A stretch of 64,000 bases of DNA from Dehalococcoidia bacterium (GCA_963667765.2 CAXXON010000001.1:1151722-1215721), one strand, 5' to 3'. Counted from the first letter of the stretch, positions 17,376 to 27,120 are shown. The notes: a model not told the origin generated them from the letters alone. Made by a program: numbers and translations.

Positions 17376-18608
17376 ATGAGTGCAACGCAGAACGCCTCAG
17401 AAGGTGGAAGCCCCGCCAGCGATTATTTGACTCTCAGGAGAAACTTGCCAGCCACGTGGCGCGCAGGAAGAGTGGACAAGTCCCAAATGGCCGTGAAAAT
17501 CGCCGATGAGTCTGAAGGCATTGCTATCAACAAGCACTGCGGGAGTGCCAGGCTGCCTGCCCTGGCGTTGCTATGCTTCGCAACCCTCTGGTTCCTGGCC
17601 TCCTGTGGAGGCGAACAGCCCGCGCCGCTGGCGGATACGCCGATTCCAGGGGTACCGACGGAAACCCCGTCCCCGGCGCCAACGACACCAGTGAACCCGT
17701 CTCCCACCCCTGTGCCGACGCCGACTACGGGACCTCCGCCTGCCGCCACGGAGGTTGCGACGCTTGCTGCTACCGTAGAGTCCGATGTCAAGATGGACAG
17801 AGATGACAACACCAAGGTAGCAGTCCAGCAGCTTTTCGATACTTGGAAACGGGCGCTCCGAGAAGATGACGCTGCCCTTTTCCATTCGCTCTTGACGCGG
17901 GAGTTGGCCGGAAGCTGCGGGTTGGACGAGTTGCGTTCGTGGCTGGAACAGGACGCGGAGTTCCTCTCGGAACCTGTGGTGAACGCCGTGTTTCTGGACG
18001 TGACCGACCCCACCCGGGCCTATGCTGAAATCGCCGCCGGGCAACCCGCCGGGCAGCCACAGGAGTCCATATCCTTTCCGTGGCCTGTGGCGCTGGAAGA
18101 AGGAGAATGGCGGGCAGGATTCCATGTCGCCGGATTCACCGCCAATAGATGCCCGTTCGTCGTATCGAGTCCATCCTCGGGACCGGACGGCAGCGAGCCC
18201 GAATTCCCACAAATCCCCGGCCTTGATTTGAAACGAAGAGAGGCTATTCTTGCCGCAGTGCCTGGAACCAGGGTCCTACACAGCAACTACAGGACAGATA
18301 GTTTCGGCTCCAGCTTCAGCACCGGCGGCTCCATGTCGCCCTACGACAACAATGTCAACATTTACGCCGAAGTGGAGACAGAGTCAGATGCCGCCGAGCT
18401 GGTAAGCCTCTACCGCGACGGCCTGAATCATCCAAATTGGGATAATGTCGCCGACGGTTCTTCGGGCGACTTTGGCTGGTTCTCATGGACCGTCCTTGAT
18501 GACGAGGGGCGGTTGTGGCACGGGAGGCTGGTGGTGGTGCCGTCGCACGAGGGTTGGAAGCAGGTGTGGTTATCGGTATTTTCCGATGATGCGGACGACA
18601 GCCGGTGA
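17376..18608 (+). CDS. lipoprotein with Pro/Thr-rich linker, function unknown
   Basis: Lipobox LWFLASCGG followed by PAPLADTPIPGVPTETPSPAPTTPVNPSPTPVPTPTTGPPPA. The start is probably the internal Met at 17487. Confidence 0.6.
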   Translation: MSATQNASEGGSPASDYLTLRRNLPATWRAGRVDKSQMAVKIADESEGIAINKHCGSARLPALALLCFATLWFLASCGGEQPAPLADTPIPGVPTETPSPAPTTPVNPSPTPVPTPTTGPPPAATEVATLAATVESDVKMDRDDNTKVAVQQLFDTWKRALREDDAALFHSLLTRELAGSCGLDELRSWLEQDAEFLSEPVVNAVFLDVTDPTRAYAEIAAGQPAGQPQESISFPWPVALEEGEWRAGFHVAGFTANRCPFVVSSPSSGPDGSEPEFPQIPGLDLKRREAILAAVPGTRVLHSNYRTDSFGSSFSTGGSMSPYDNNVNIYAEVETESDAAELVSLYRDGLNHPNWDNVADGSSGDFGWFSWTVLDDEGRLWHGRLVVVPSHEGWKQVWLSVFSDDADDSR

Positions 18609-18792
18609 AGAGTGTTCCCGGCTGCCCTGGGAACAGTAAATACGATTGCCCATAGGGGAGACCAGTCCGCAATCGGTCCTCGCCCCTCCCCGTCCTCCGG
18701 CTCTCGGTGCAATACGACAATATAGGATGAACTTCATTGCATGACCGGAGGTTGCAGCGACGTTAATTTCTTGACGCAGTCAGAGGTTCAAG

Positions 18793-20106
18793 ATGGCGGA
18801 GAAAAAGAGTTTCCGAGTCGCTCCAATCGTTCTGCTTATAGCGGCACTTAGCATGCTGTCCGTAGTCCTCGCTTGCGGCCCGACTCAGACCGCCCCGGCG
18901 CCGACCGACGTTGAAGAGCCCACACTCACGCCATCATCCACGCCCGACCCAACGTCGCCTGGCGTACCAGAGACCGCGCCAACGCCGGCTGATCCCGAAG
19001 AACCCACACTGACGGCCGCCCCGACGCCGACCGTGGCTGAGAGACCCACGCCGACGGCAGCCCCTGGGCCAGGGTTCAAGAGGGTGGAACTCGACCCGGA
19101 TTACTGGCCGTCCGGCGCCATCGGCGATGAGTACGTCGCCACCGGCCCTGACGGCGAGGTGTATCTGCTGAACATCATCACCGGGGAGCGGCGCCAGCTG
19201 ACCGATGACGGACACCCGAAGAGATGGCCCGTCATATCCGGGAATTACGTGGCCTGGACCGATCAGCGCAGGCAGATTGAGATACCTGACCGCAACTCGG
19301 TTCGCCCTGCCTTGACCTTTGCCGACGACATATTCGTGCTGGACTTGACCACTGGGGAACAGCGGCGAATTACCGAGGTCCCCGCCAACCGCTACGGCTT
19401 GGGTATTTCCGGCCACCGGCTGGCATGGTCGGACACGAGAAATGAGCTGGAAGAGGAGTATTACGATTTCGACGTGTACGCCTACGACCTTGAAACAGAC
19501 CAGGAAATACCCGTCGCCGTCCGGCGGGGTTCGCAGCGAAGTCCGGTGATCTATGGCGACACCGTGGTGTGGGCGGACAACCGGAACAATCCCTTGCTGG
19601 ATGCGCCTGATTCGGACGAGATGCATTTCGGCTGCGGCGATTGCCCTGAGAACCGTTTCGACATCTACGCCTACGATTTCAGCACCGGCGAGGAGAAGCC
19701 ACTAGTTCAGACGGGGTACTACAACCTGTATGCCATAGTTCACGGCGACAACCTGATATGGAAGTCCTATCACCCGGAACAACCCTTGGTCGTGAAACTG
19801 CTGAACCTGGTCACCGGGGAAGAGCAGGTAATCATCGACGACCACCACGTTGGCTATCTTTCCCTTTCAGATAGTTACCTGGTCTGGACGGTGGGCTTTC
19901 CTTGCGACGTAGTCACCAAAGAGGGACAGCCGCTTGGCACGGGCGCGTTTGCCCGCAGCCTGGAGACAGGCGAGGTGTGGCAGTTGTCGGACTATGTGGA
20001 GCCTGTCGCCAGGGTCTTCGGCAAGACGGCAATTATTGCCGAGGGCTGCCACTGGTTTCCCAATAGCGGGCTGCGAAGGGACCTGTACGCTGTCTTGCTT
20101 GATTGA
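18793..20106 (+). CDS. lipoprotein with repeated beta-propeller-like blades
   Basis: Lipobox SVVLACGP, a PT-rich linker, then 5-6 repeats of the type ISGNYVAWTDQR / ISGHRLAWSDTRN / IYGDTVVWADNRN / VHGDNLIWKS / LSDSYLVWTV. Confidence 0.6.
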   Translation: MAEKKSFRVAPIVLLIAALSMLSVVLACGPTQTAPAPTDVEEPTLTPSSTPDPTSPGVPETAPTPADPEEPTLTAAPTPTVAERPTPTAAPGPGFKRVELDPDYWPSGAIGDEYVATGPDGEVYLLNIITGERRQLTDDGHPKRWPVISGNYVAWTDQRRQIEIPDRNSVRPALTFADDIFVLDLTTGEQRRITEVPANRYGLGISGHRLAWSDTRNELEEEYYDFDVYAYDLETDQEIPVAVRRGSQRSPVIYGDTVVWADNRNNPLLDAPDSDEMHFGCGDCPENRFDIYAYDFSTGEEKPLVQTGYYNLYAIVHGDNLIWKSYHPEQPLVVKLLNLVTGEEQVIIDDHHVGYLSLSDSYLVWTVGFPCDVVTKEGQPLGTGAFARSLETGEVWQLSDYVEPVARVFGKTAIIAEGCHWFPNSGLRRDLYAVLLD

Positions 20107-20558
20107 AGAACGAAACGGCACTGTTAGCAGAGCGCGGGCTGTTGAAGTAGGGATTCAGTATCACAACCGCAGAGAGATCTCAGAATTGAGGATGCCTCCC
20201 AGAGATGAGGTTTGGTTCTGTTTGCGGCGAATCATAGAATTGCGGAAGCCGGACGGTTCCGGGATCGGGAACTTGTGTCGGCTTTAGAGCATCGGTTGTA
20301 TTGTAGGAAAGGCACTCTCAGGGTGTGATTGATGTGTGCTCGGAGTGGCCTCCTGGCTACGAAGGACTCCAGCTATGCGGATGTGGCACACGCCGGCGAT
20401 GTCCCGGGCCGCAGCGACGGCAATCTTCAACGAAATGCCCATCCTCAGAGACCCAGATGGTCGCGGGTATCCCTGCCCCCATCGTTCGATTCTCGCCGCT
20501 GGCCGTGGGAGGTTGGTAACGCGGCGTGGCCCATCCAGCGTACTCGGAGGTGAGACCT

Positions 20559-20831
20559 ATGGTGTTTATTATTGCGTTGGTCATCCTGGTCGGTTTCGCG
20601 GTGGCGCTATGGCTCCTTTTTGGTGGAAGGAACTCCCGGCGGAGGGCGACAGGACATGACTCTATGGAATTGCGCCGTGCGGAGAACAAGGTCAAGGTGT
20701 CGGACCCGATTCTGCGAGTGGACATCGACATCTTGGAGCGTTATGGTTCCGGTCTGTTGGATGACGCGATAACCTTGCGCCGAGCACAAATACAGCGGGG
20801 CGACAGCCCAGAAAGTCCAGGCCCACGTTAA
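20559..20831 (+). CDS. small single-pass membrane protein (paralog of 24964-25236)
   Basis: GGAGGTGAG RBS then ATGGTG. MVFIIALVILVGFAVALWLLFGG... then ELRRAENKVKVSDPILRVDIDILERYGSGLLDDAITLRRAQ. About 65% of residues look identical to the 24964 copy by eye. Confidence 0.55.
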   Translation: MVFIIALVILVGFAVALWLLFGGRNSRRRATGHDSMELRRAENKVKVSDPILRVDIDILERYGSGLLDDAITLRRAQIQRGDSPESPGPR

Positions 20832-21049
20832 GTGAAAGCGCCTCTATGATTTGTCATCTGCGACTGGCCTGGAAAGTTGTTCGGTGTCTCGTCGCGACTG
20901 AAGTCGTCATCGTTGGCGTGAGGAGGTCAAACGGCATCCGTGAGAATGAGTTATGGCTATTGCCGTCGGCAGAGGAAACTAAGGCAACAGTAGCGGCTGA
21001 GTGTGACGAATACCCCGACGCCAATTGGCCTTGTTCGGTTGTGAACTCT

Positions 21050-21322
21050 TCAGCGACCTGGCGCTCCTCGCAATCGAGAGGTTGACCTTGAAGTGAGCGG
21101 TGGCTTTGCCCACTCGTCGATCATCCGGCGGAACTGGGGACGGTCGGCGATACGGCCGCTCTCGGCCTCGTCCACGTACTCGCGGGCAACGGAGTAGCCG
21201 TTGCGTTCGGCGTAGTCGCGCAGCGCCCGCAATTGGGCGTGTACGGACAGGTCAACGTCCTGGCGGTCGCTGGAGACCCGGGCGTAGAGGGCCGCCGGTG
21301 TCAAATCAGCATTCCTATTCAT
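21050..21322 (-). pseudogene. truncated large serine recombinase (rec4; N-terminal ~68 codons only)
   Basis: MNRNADLTPAALYARVSSDRQDVDLSVHAQLRALRDYAERNGYSVAREYVDEAESGRIADRPQFRRMIDE, then unrelated sequence and a stop. Confidence 0.8.
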
Positions 21323-21545
21323 CGCTGTGTCCTCCGTCTTCCTCTGACTGATGGGCCTGGCGGGAACGCCGCTGCATCCGCTCCTTGATCCGCCACTCCC
21401 GCTCCTCCATGTATAGGCGGATGACCTCCCTCAGCAACGCGCTCACGCTGCGGTTCTCCTCCCCCGCCACCTGCCGCAGGCCCTGGGCCATCTCCGGGTG
21501 CAGCGAGAAGGTGATGGTCTCGGTGTTCCTGGATAATATGGGGGC
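21315..21545 (-). pseudogene. RHH gene of the truncated rec4 module; no canonical start codon found
   Basis: Own translation ...TETITFSLHPEMAQGLRQVAGEENRSVSALLREVIRLYMEEREWRIKERMQRRSRQAHQSEEDGGHSDE*. The stop overlaps the rec4 ATG. The frame opens right after a TAG, with no ATG/GTG/TTG before the beta-strand. Confidence 0.5.
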
Positions 21546-21579
21546 TATGAGCGCACCTTGTGTGGACTATTATAACACT

Positions 21580-21591
21580 TTGTCTTACTAT
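21580..21591 (-). promoter_or_regulatory. conserved TTGTCTTACTAT motif (RHH-LSR promoter/operator)
   Basis: On the gene strand: CATATAGTAAGACAAAGTGTTATAAT. The motif lies immediately upstream of a consensus TATAAT. Confidence 0.4.
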
Positions 21592-22016
21592 ATGACGCCC
21601 CGCAACCTGCGTTCCATCGGCCCCCGTCGCCGCGGTCCGCCGGGTCCGCGACCTGCAACAATTCGTACATTTCGACCTGTTGCACGCAGACACAGAAGGT
21701 GTAGGGAACTCCATTTTGTGCAATATGGGAACCCCAGGGAACGGCTCCGCCCACTCCGTGGAACACTCCTCTCCTCCCCGCTGAGTGGTTGTCCATAGCC
21801 AGTGGCATTGTGCCTGTCGCTGGGAATCGTAGCTGTATGGCGTACCTGGTGGATGGCGCATTGCTCACCAGCGATGACGGCCTGACGCATCAGCTCTGCA
21901 ACATATTGCAATCTTGCGTCCACGCAGGGAATCAGGGCCTGCAAGTTGCTGCAAATTTGTCCCATTTGCCCTTACGGGACGCCCCTACAGGAATCCCCCG
22001 GCACGGCGAATTGCAT

Positions 22017-24074
22017 TTATGCAACCGGGTACAACGAGGCCAGGGAACGCCGGTCCAGGGAATGCGGCGGCGGCAGTATCCAAGCCTCGCCCAGGATGCC
22101 CCGTTCCGCCAGGGTCTCCGCGTTGGAGGTGATCACGTCCAGTCCCTCCGTCCCGTCGGCTATGTCCAGGAAGGCGCTCTCGCTGTCCGAGGTCTCGAGG
22201 ACGAACAGCACCTGGGGAGCCTGTCCCCCGTGGTCCCGCCTGGCCCAGCCTGAGCCGAGGTAGCGCTGGTAGGACGCCAGACGCTGGGGGATGCGCTTGG
22301 GAGTGGTGGCCCGGCGCTCGAACTCCAGCAGAAAGGGCAGCCAACAGCCCTGGTACTCCAGGGTGAACGAGGCGTCGGGATGTATCACGTAATTGGTCCC
22401 CCGGCATCGGTAGCCGATGCTGGAGCGGTGGGTGGGCAGCAGGTCGAGGAGGTCGTGGTCCGGGGAGCGGGCCACCTCGGCGGTCAGGGCGGCGGCGAAT
22501 CCGGTTACGCCTCCGTGGTGGCGCATCTGCGAGGCCAAGGCGCGCAGGGCGCTACCGGCGTAGGCCCGGGAGTTGGAGACGGCGGGCTGGGCGGTCCAGC
22601 GGTCCAGCGTGAGTCCCACGGCGGCCCGGTCCCGGCGGGACAGGCAGGTCAGCCCCCGGTCGGTGAGCATCAGTAGGGATCCGTCCTCCCGCACCAGATC
22701 GTGCTGCCGTAGTGAGCGCAGCACCTGGTTGACCCGGCGCAGGGTGACGCCGCCCATCAGCCCGGCCAGCTGCTCCCGGGTGCACAGCGGCCAGGCGCCC
22801 AGCAGGTCCAGGGCCTGCTTCCCGGCGCGGGTCAGTTGGGTAGCCGGGGCCAAAGCCAGCTGACGGGCCGGTCCCGGCATGGATGCCTGCACGTCGGAGG
22901 GATAGAGGGCGTCAGCGTCGGGCCTGGGGTCGTCGCGCAGGGACTTGTAGGACGACTCCAGCAGGCGTTCCGCCCACGCCAGGATGCCCGGCAGGGAGGT
23001 ATCGGGGGAGATTTCCACCGGCGGGTCCTCGCCCAGGCCGCCCCCGCACTGCTGCCATACCACGCCGGCGTGGTCTCCGGCCAGCAGCTCACCCTCGGTG
23101 GCGACAAAGGTCCGGCGGTGCTCCGTGGGGTCGCCCAGGGAACGGACGGCCCGGCGGGTGGCCTGGTCGGCGTGGGTCAGCACCAGGGTGATGAAGGGCC
23201 TCTCGCTGGCTGGGAGACGCTCGATGCTCCGTAGTCGGTAGCGCAGGTTGGAACCGGGCAGGGCCGGACCCTGGCGGATCAAGCAAATGGTGCGTCCTCC
23301 GGACAGTGTGAGCAGCAGGTCGTAGGGGCCCCTGCGGTAGTGGTCCACCCGCACGGGTTTATCGTGCGGGTCGGCGTCGGCGATCATGGCGGCGATGCGG
23401 TAGAGCACGGCCACCGCGTCCAGCCGCTCGGCCAGCAGCCGGAACCACTGCCGGGACAGCGGGTAGGCCCGCAGCATGTGCTCGCGGCCCTGGGTGGCGG
23501 CGCCTGCGGCAATTACGCCCTGCTCCGTGGGGAAGTAGCGGCGCTGGGGACGGGAGCCCAGGGCGCCCAGGTTGTGGGATACGGAGTCCACCAGACCGCG
23601 CTCTGCCAGCTTGTCCAGCCGTTCGCGGAGAGTGGATGCGGGAACACGCCCGAGGCGGGCCAGCTCGTCGACGGTGGTCAGGGGCGCGGCGCACAGCAAC
23701 AGCAGCCCGTCCTCCAAGCCGTCGCGCAGGGGGCGCAGGGCCGGGTCGGGACGCAGGCCCTCCAGGTCGATGATGAGTTCCAGCGTGGCCGCCTCGATCT
23801 CCCGGACGCTCTTTCCCACGGAGTTCAGGACGGCGGCGGGCACGGCACGCCCGGTGTGGCCTCGCTCCAGGAAACGCCATAGGGTATGACGAGATACCCC
23901 CAGGGCCTCCGCGGTCTTCCCCTGCCCGTGCCGTCGTTGGTGGGCGCGCACGTAGTCTCCAGTGGCGTTGGTCAGGGCCTTGTTGTTCCTCGCCGCGTGT
24001 GCCGCCGGCTCCGGCGGTGCCGGTTTTGTTATGGTCAAAGCATTTCCTCCTTGGGCGACTGTCCAACGCTCCAT
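22017..24074 (-). CDS. replication-relaxation family protein with N-terminal HTH/winged-helix repeats
   Basis: Paralog of 60995-62632 (shared blocks LDAVAVLYRIA, RRY.PT, DA.F...). The C-terminal part, HPDASFTLEYQGCWLPFLLEFERRATTPKR, is the pattern I associate with Replic_Relax proteins of conjugative/mobilisable elements. Confidence 0.6.
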   Translation of the reverse strand: MERWTVAQGGNALTITKPAPPEPAAHAARNNKALTNATGDYVRAHQRRHGQGKTAEALGVSRHTLWRFLERGHTGRAVPAAVLNSVGKSVREIEAATLELIIDLEGLRPDPALRPLRDGLEDGLLLLCAAPLTTVDELARLGRVPASTLRERLDKLAERGLVDSVSHNLGALGSRPQRRYFPTEQGVIAAGAATQGREHMLRAYPLSRQWFRLLAERLDAVAVLYRIAAMIADADPHDKPVRVDHYRRGPYDLLLTLSGGRTICLIRQGPALPGSNLRYRLRSIERLPASERPFITLVLTHADQATRRAVRSLGDPTEHRRTFVATEGELLAGDHAGVVWQQCGGGLGEDPPVEISPDTSLPGILAWAERLLESSYKSLRDDPRPDADALYPSDVQASMPGPARQLALAPATQLTRAGKQALDLLGAWPLCTREQLAGLMGGVTLRRVNQVLRSLRQHDLVREDGSLLMLTDRGLTCLSRRDRAAVGLTLDRWTAQPAVSNSRAYAGSALRALASQMRHHGGVTGFAAALTAEVARSPDHDLLDLLPTHRSSIGYRCRGTNYVIHPDASFTLEYQGCWLPFLLEFERRATTPKRIPQRLASYQRYLGSGWARRDHGGQAPQVLFVLETSDSESAFLDIADGTEGLDVITSNAETLAERGILGEAWILPPPHSLDRRSLASLYPVA

Positions 24075-24217
24075 TGTCCGGTAGAACCTGGTCGAACATA
24101 AGGCCTTGCAAGGGATTACATTCGGGCGAGTTTTGTGGTATTGGGCGAGCCACGCAACGACGGCTGGGGAACACGGGATGGCGGTGGTGTCGCACGGAGC
24201 ACTGGTTGATAAGCGGT

Positions 24218-24430
24218 TCAGCCGGCAGGGCCTTTGCCGGGTGGAGGCTCGTCAGGCAGGGGTACTGACCGGTCGGCTGTTTTCCGCAGGTGGGCGCGGA
24301 CGATCATGCGGGCCAGGATGCGCAGCCCCCGTTGCAGCTGCTCTCGCTGCTCTTTCGTATAGGTGGCCGATGACTTTTTCGTCGGTCCGTGGATGCGCGT
24401 TGACTTGCTCCCTCTCTCGGTCTTTCTCAT
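24218..24430 (-). CDS. small basic protein with conserved GLRILARMIVRAHLR helix (family of 3 in window)
   Basis: MRKTERGSKSTRIHGPTKKS...EQREQLQRGLRILARMIVRAHLRK. Paralogs lie at 30616-30852 and 55797-55973. Confidence 0.5.
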   Translation of the reverse strand: MRKTERGSKSTRIHGPTKKSSATYTKEQREQLQRGLRILARMIVRAHLRKTADRSVPLPDEPPPGKGPAG

Positions 24431-24504
24431 CCCGATCCTCGCCCTGGGTCTCGGCGGGAGTGTGGACTGCCCCTTCCGCCTTTACCTACAGGCTTCTGAC
24501 GTTT

Positions 24505-24790
24505 AGGGACAGTCTGCTGACCTGGAATGGCGAGCGTTATCCCTCAGAAGGGATTTCATCGATGAAACCGTATTGGAGATCCCTTGATGTATCAGACTCC
24601 TCCAGGCAATTGTCCCGATTCTCTCTCTTGGGACGTAAGGGGGCCGTACAGGGAATCGATGTCGCTGCAAGTTGCAGATTTGGGGAATTTCAAAGCTGGG
24701 GCGGCGGCAAATCAGTCCTCTCAGTCCGCAGACAGCAAACACTTTCGTTCAGGGGCCGGTTGCGGGAAAACGCAAGTTGCGTGAGGAATG
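24505..24790. repeat. conserved non-coding module, copy 1 (partner at 31145-31500)
   Basis: Shared blocks include AGTCTGC(T/G)GACC(T/G)GGAA and AGCGTTATCCCTC..AAGGGATTTCAT.GATG, which holds a 6-bp stem hairpin. Also shared are GCAAGTT(T)GCAGAT, TTTCAAAGCTG and GGGCCGGTTGCGG. No reading frame is conserved between the copies. Confidence 0.6.
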
Positions 24791-24963
24791 TTGGCCCTGG
24801 GCAACACGGAATGTATGATATGGGGACGGGGTGGAGGCAGGGGAGGCTCTCGGGCATTCGGCCGATGCGGTCTGACAGGTTGCTTGAGCAGCGGGAACCG
24901 TCCTCTAATTGCCCAAAATAGCTGTTGCCTGTGCCCTCGATGGCGAGAATGGAGGTGAGACCC

Positions 24964-25236
24964 GTGGTGTTCGTTCTGGGTCTGGCCGTCCTGGTCGCCT
25001 TCGCAGCGGCGTTTTGGTTCCTGTTTGGGGCGGGTAAGTCAAAGCCAAGGGCAACCGGCACTGACCTGATGGAATTGCGCCGGGCCGAGACCAAGGTCAA
25101 GCTGTCCGACCCGATTACACGGTTGGACATCGACATCCTGGAGCGTTACGGCTCCGATCTTGTGGATGACGCCATCGACCTACGCCGCGCGCAACTGTTG
25201 CGGGGAGACCACCCGGACGGTCAGCGCCCAAGTTAG
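24964..25236 (+). CDS. small single-pass membrane protein (paralog of 20559-20831)
   Basis: GGAGGTGAG RBS then GTGGTG. VVFVLGLAVLVAFAAAFWFLFGAG... then ELRRAETKVKLSDPITRLDIDILERYGSDLVDDAIDLRRAQ. Confidence 0.55.
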   Translation: MVFVLGLAVLVAFAAAFWFLFGAGKSKPRATGTDLMELRRAETKVKLSDPITRLDIDILERYGSDLVDDAIDLRRAQLLRGDHPDGQRPS

Positions 25237-25397
25237 CTAGCGGGCGAGGGGCGCCGGGTCCCCCATTGTGAGATGTGTTGGATTGGATCATGGCTACAGC
25301 CAGCGGAGCATCCCGGTGAACAACCGCGGTTCGTTGCTCGGGCTGTTGGAAAGCGGGTGGCGCGGTTGTCGGCAGCGCCCATGAGAACGGAGGCCTG

Positions 25398-25811
25398 ATG
25401 GTTGCGTTGAAGAAACTTCTTGGTGTGTACCTGATCGCCGTGGGCGCCTTTGTGGCGGCCTGGTTCGTCGTCAACCCCTTCTTTGACGCGCCCGCCTTCT
25501 GGGACGTGGCGAATTACCTGATGGCCGCTGCCCTGGTGACGGCCCTGCCACTCATTGTCAACCGTATTTTCAAGGAGGCGAGAGAGATTGAGCCCAGAGC
25601 CAGCCGGCGGCTCGTGGAGGTCAATCCAGGCCTGTGCCTGACCGCTGGGGTAGCGATTCTCTTCTTCCGAAACTGGTTCCTGGAAATCTCCGGCCAGGGG
25701 GACGATATCTCTGTTACGACAGGGATGGTCTGGATAGTCGTTAACGTCCTGTTTCCCCTGGTCGCCGGGACTGCCGGACTTTCCCTGTGTCGCGACTCTG
25801 CGCAAAGGTGA
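25398..25811 (+). CDS. integral membrane protein (about 4 TM), unknown function
   Basis: Hydrophobic segments LLGVYLIAVGAFVAAWFVV, LMAAALVTALPLIV, LCLTAGVAILFF and MVWIVVNVLFPLVAGTAGL. Confidence 0.5.
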   Translation: MVALKKLLGVYLIAVGAFVAAWFVVNPFFDAPAFWDVANYLMAAALVTALPLIVNRIFKEAREIEPRASRRLVEVNPGLCLTAGVAILFFRNWFLEISGQGDDISVTTGMVWIVVNVLFPLVAGTAGLSLCRDSAQR

Positions 25812-25983
25812 CGACCATGAAACGCAGGGTGTTCGCCCGGGCTACGCATTCCAATGGCGGCGCCAAGGGTCGGATTCGCCACACATGGCAAAGCTGTGAG
25901 AGAGTCCTGCACGCAAGCTTGGCAGGCCAGTTGCGGGACATCCAGGGATTCGATGAAATACGCATACTCAGGAAAGACGGGGA

Positions 25984-26736
25984 TTGGCGTTGAACAACCG
26001 GATCAAGCGAACAGGCTGCCCATTTCTACTGGCGGTAGTCCTGCTGTTGCTGGCCGCCTGCGGCGGAGCGAACTCGGTGACCATAGCCACCGGCGGCGAC
26101 TATCACCCGTTCAATTTCGTCAACGACCAGGGCGAGGTAGACGGCTTGGAGTGGGAAATAGGGGAAGAGTTGTGTCGGCGCGCCGGGTTGCAGTGCCGGT
26201 GGGAGCTGAATGATTGGGAAAAGATGATTCCTGACCTGTTGTCGGACGAGTTCGACGTAATTCTCGCCGGCATGAGCATCACCGACGAGCGAGAGGAGCA
26301 GATTGACTTCACCCAAGCCTACTACCCTCCGACTCCTTCGGTGTACCTGGCCAGGGCCGGTGAGGGCGGCGTGGCGACTGAAGGCAGGATCGGAGTTTCG
26401 GCCAACACCATATATTCCGACTACCTGACCGAACTGGGTAGGCCCTACCTGTCGCTGGATCACGCTGCGAACCATGTGGACGCGCTGTTGGGTGGGGATG
26501 TAGACGCCGTCCTGGTGGACCACGGCTACGCGGTGCAGAAACTGGCCCAGTACGAAAGCCAACTGGAGATTGTGGGGCCGTCGGTGCTGTTGGACCGGGG
26601 CCTCGGCATGGGAGTCCGTCCCGGCAGTGAACTGAAGGGCAAGCTGGATGCCGCGCTGGATTCCATGAAAGTCGACGGAGTGCTGAATGCTCTCATCCTC
26701 AAATGGCTGGGAGAGAAGGCATCGACCTTCGAATAG
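25984..26736 (+). CDS. ABC-transporter substrate-binding lipoprotein (family 3, amino-acid type)
   Basis: Lipobox LLLLAACGG. Also GGDYHPFNFVNDQGEVDGLEWEIGEELCRRAG, DVILAGMSITDEREEQIDFTQAYY and the LIVGP..LD..G block typical of polar amino-acid SBPs. Confidence 0.8.
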   Translation: MALNNRIKRTGCPFLLAVVLLLLAACGGANSVTIATGGDYHPFNFVNDQGEVDGLEWEIGEELCRRAGLQCRWELNDWEKMIPDLLSDEFDVILAGMSITDEREEQIDFTQAYYPPTPSVYLARAGEGGVATEGRIGVSANTIYSDYLTELGRPYLSLDHAANHVDALLGGDVDAVLVDHGYAVQKLAQYESQLEIVGPSVLLDRGLGMGVRPGSELKGKLDAALDSMKVDGVLNALILKWLGEKASTFE

Positions 26737-27120
26737 CAAGTCGATGCAACAGGACCGAAATGGCGTAGGTGTGGTTGCGATCCTGGTTCAGAGGTGGCAG
26801 TCCGGGTCAGAGGGACCATTGGCTAACGCGGCCTGGAATCCGCCCGCGCCAACGAGGTAGAGTCAACCCCTTGCCGCATCCGTGAGGCCCAACCAACCGG
26901 GCAATTCGTGAACCGGATGCACCGAGCTTATATCCCGTCCTATCCTCCTCGATGCCGGGAATCTAGTTAACATCTTGATGGATTCTCAAGGTCGCCAAGA
27001 GAACCGGCGGCACCACCCGGCGCCATCCCTTTCGGTACGTCAGAAGCGCCAGCCCTAACCCAACCACGTCGTAGCCCGGTGACCGACCCCGCGCGGCTAC
27101 AGAGCCAACGGGGTTGGAGG

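Noticed and set aside
21588-21965. 125-aa minus-strand ORF between the decayed RHH and the replication-relaxation gene.
   Set aside because: No motif, no clear RBS, and it overlaps other equally plausible frames. There is not enough evidence to call it a gene.
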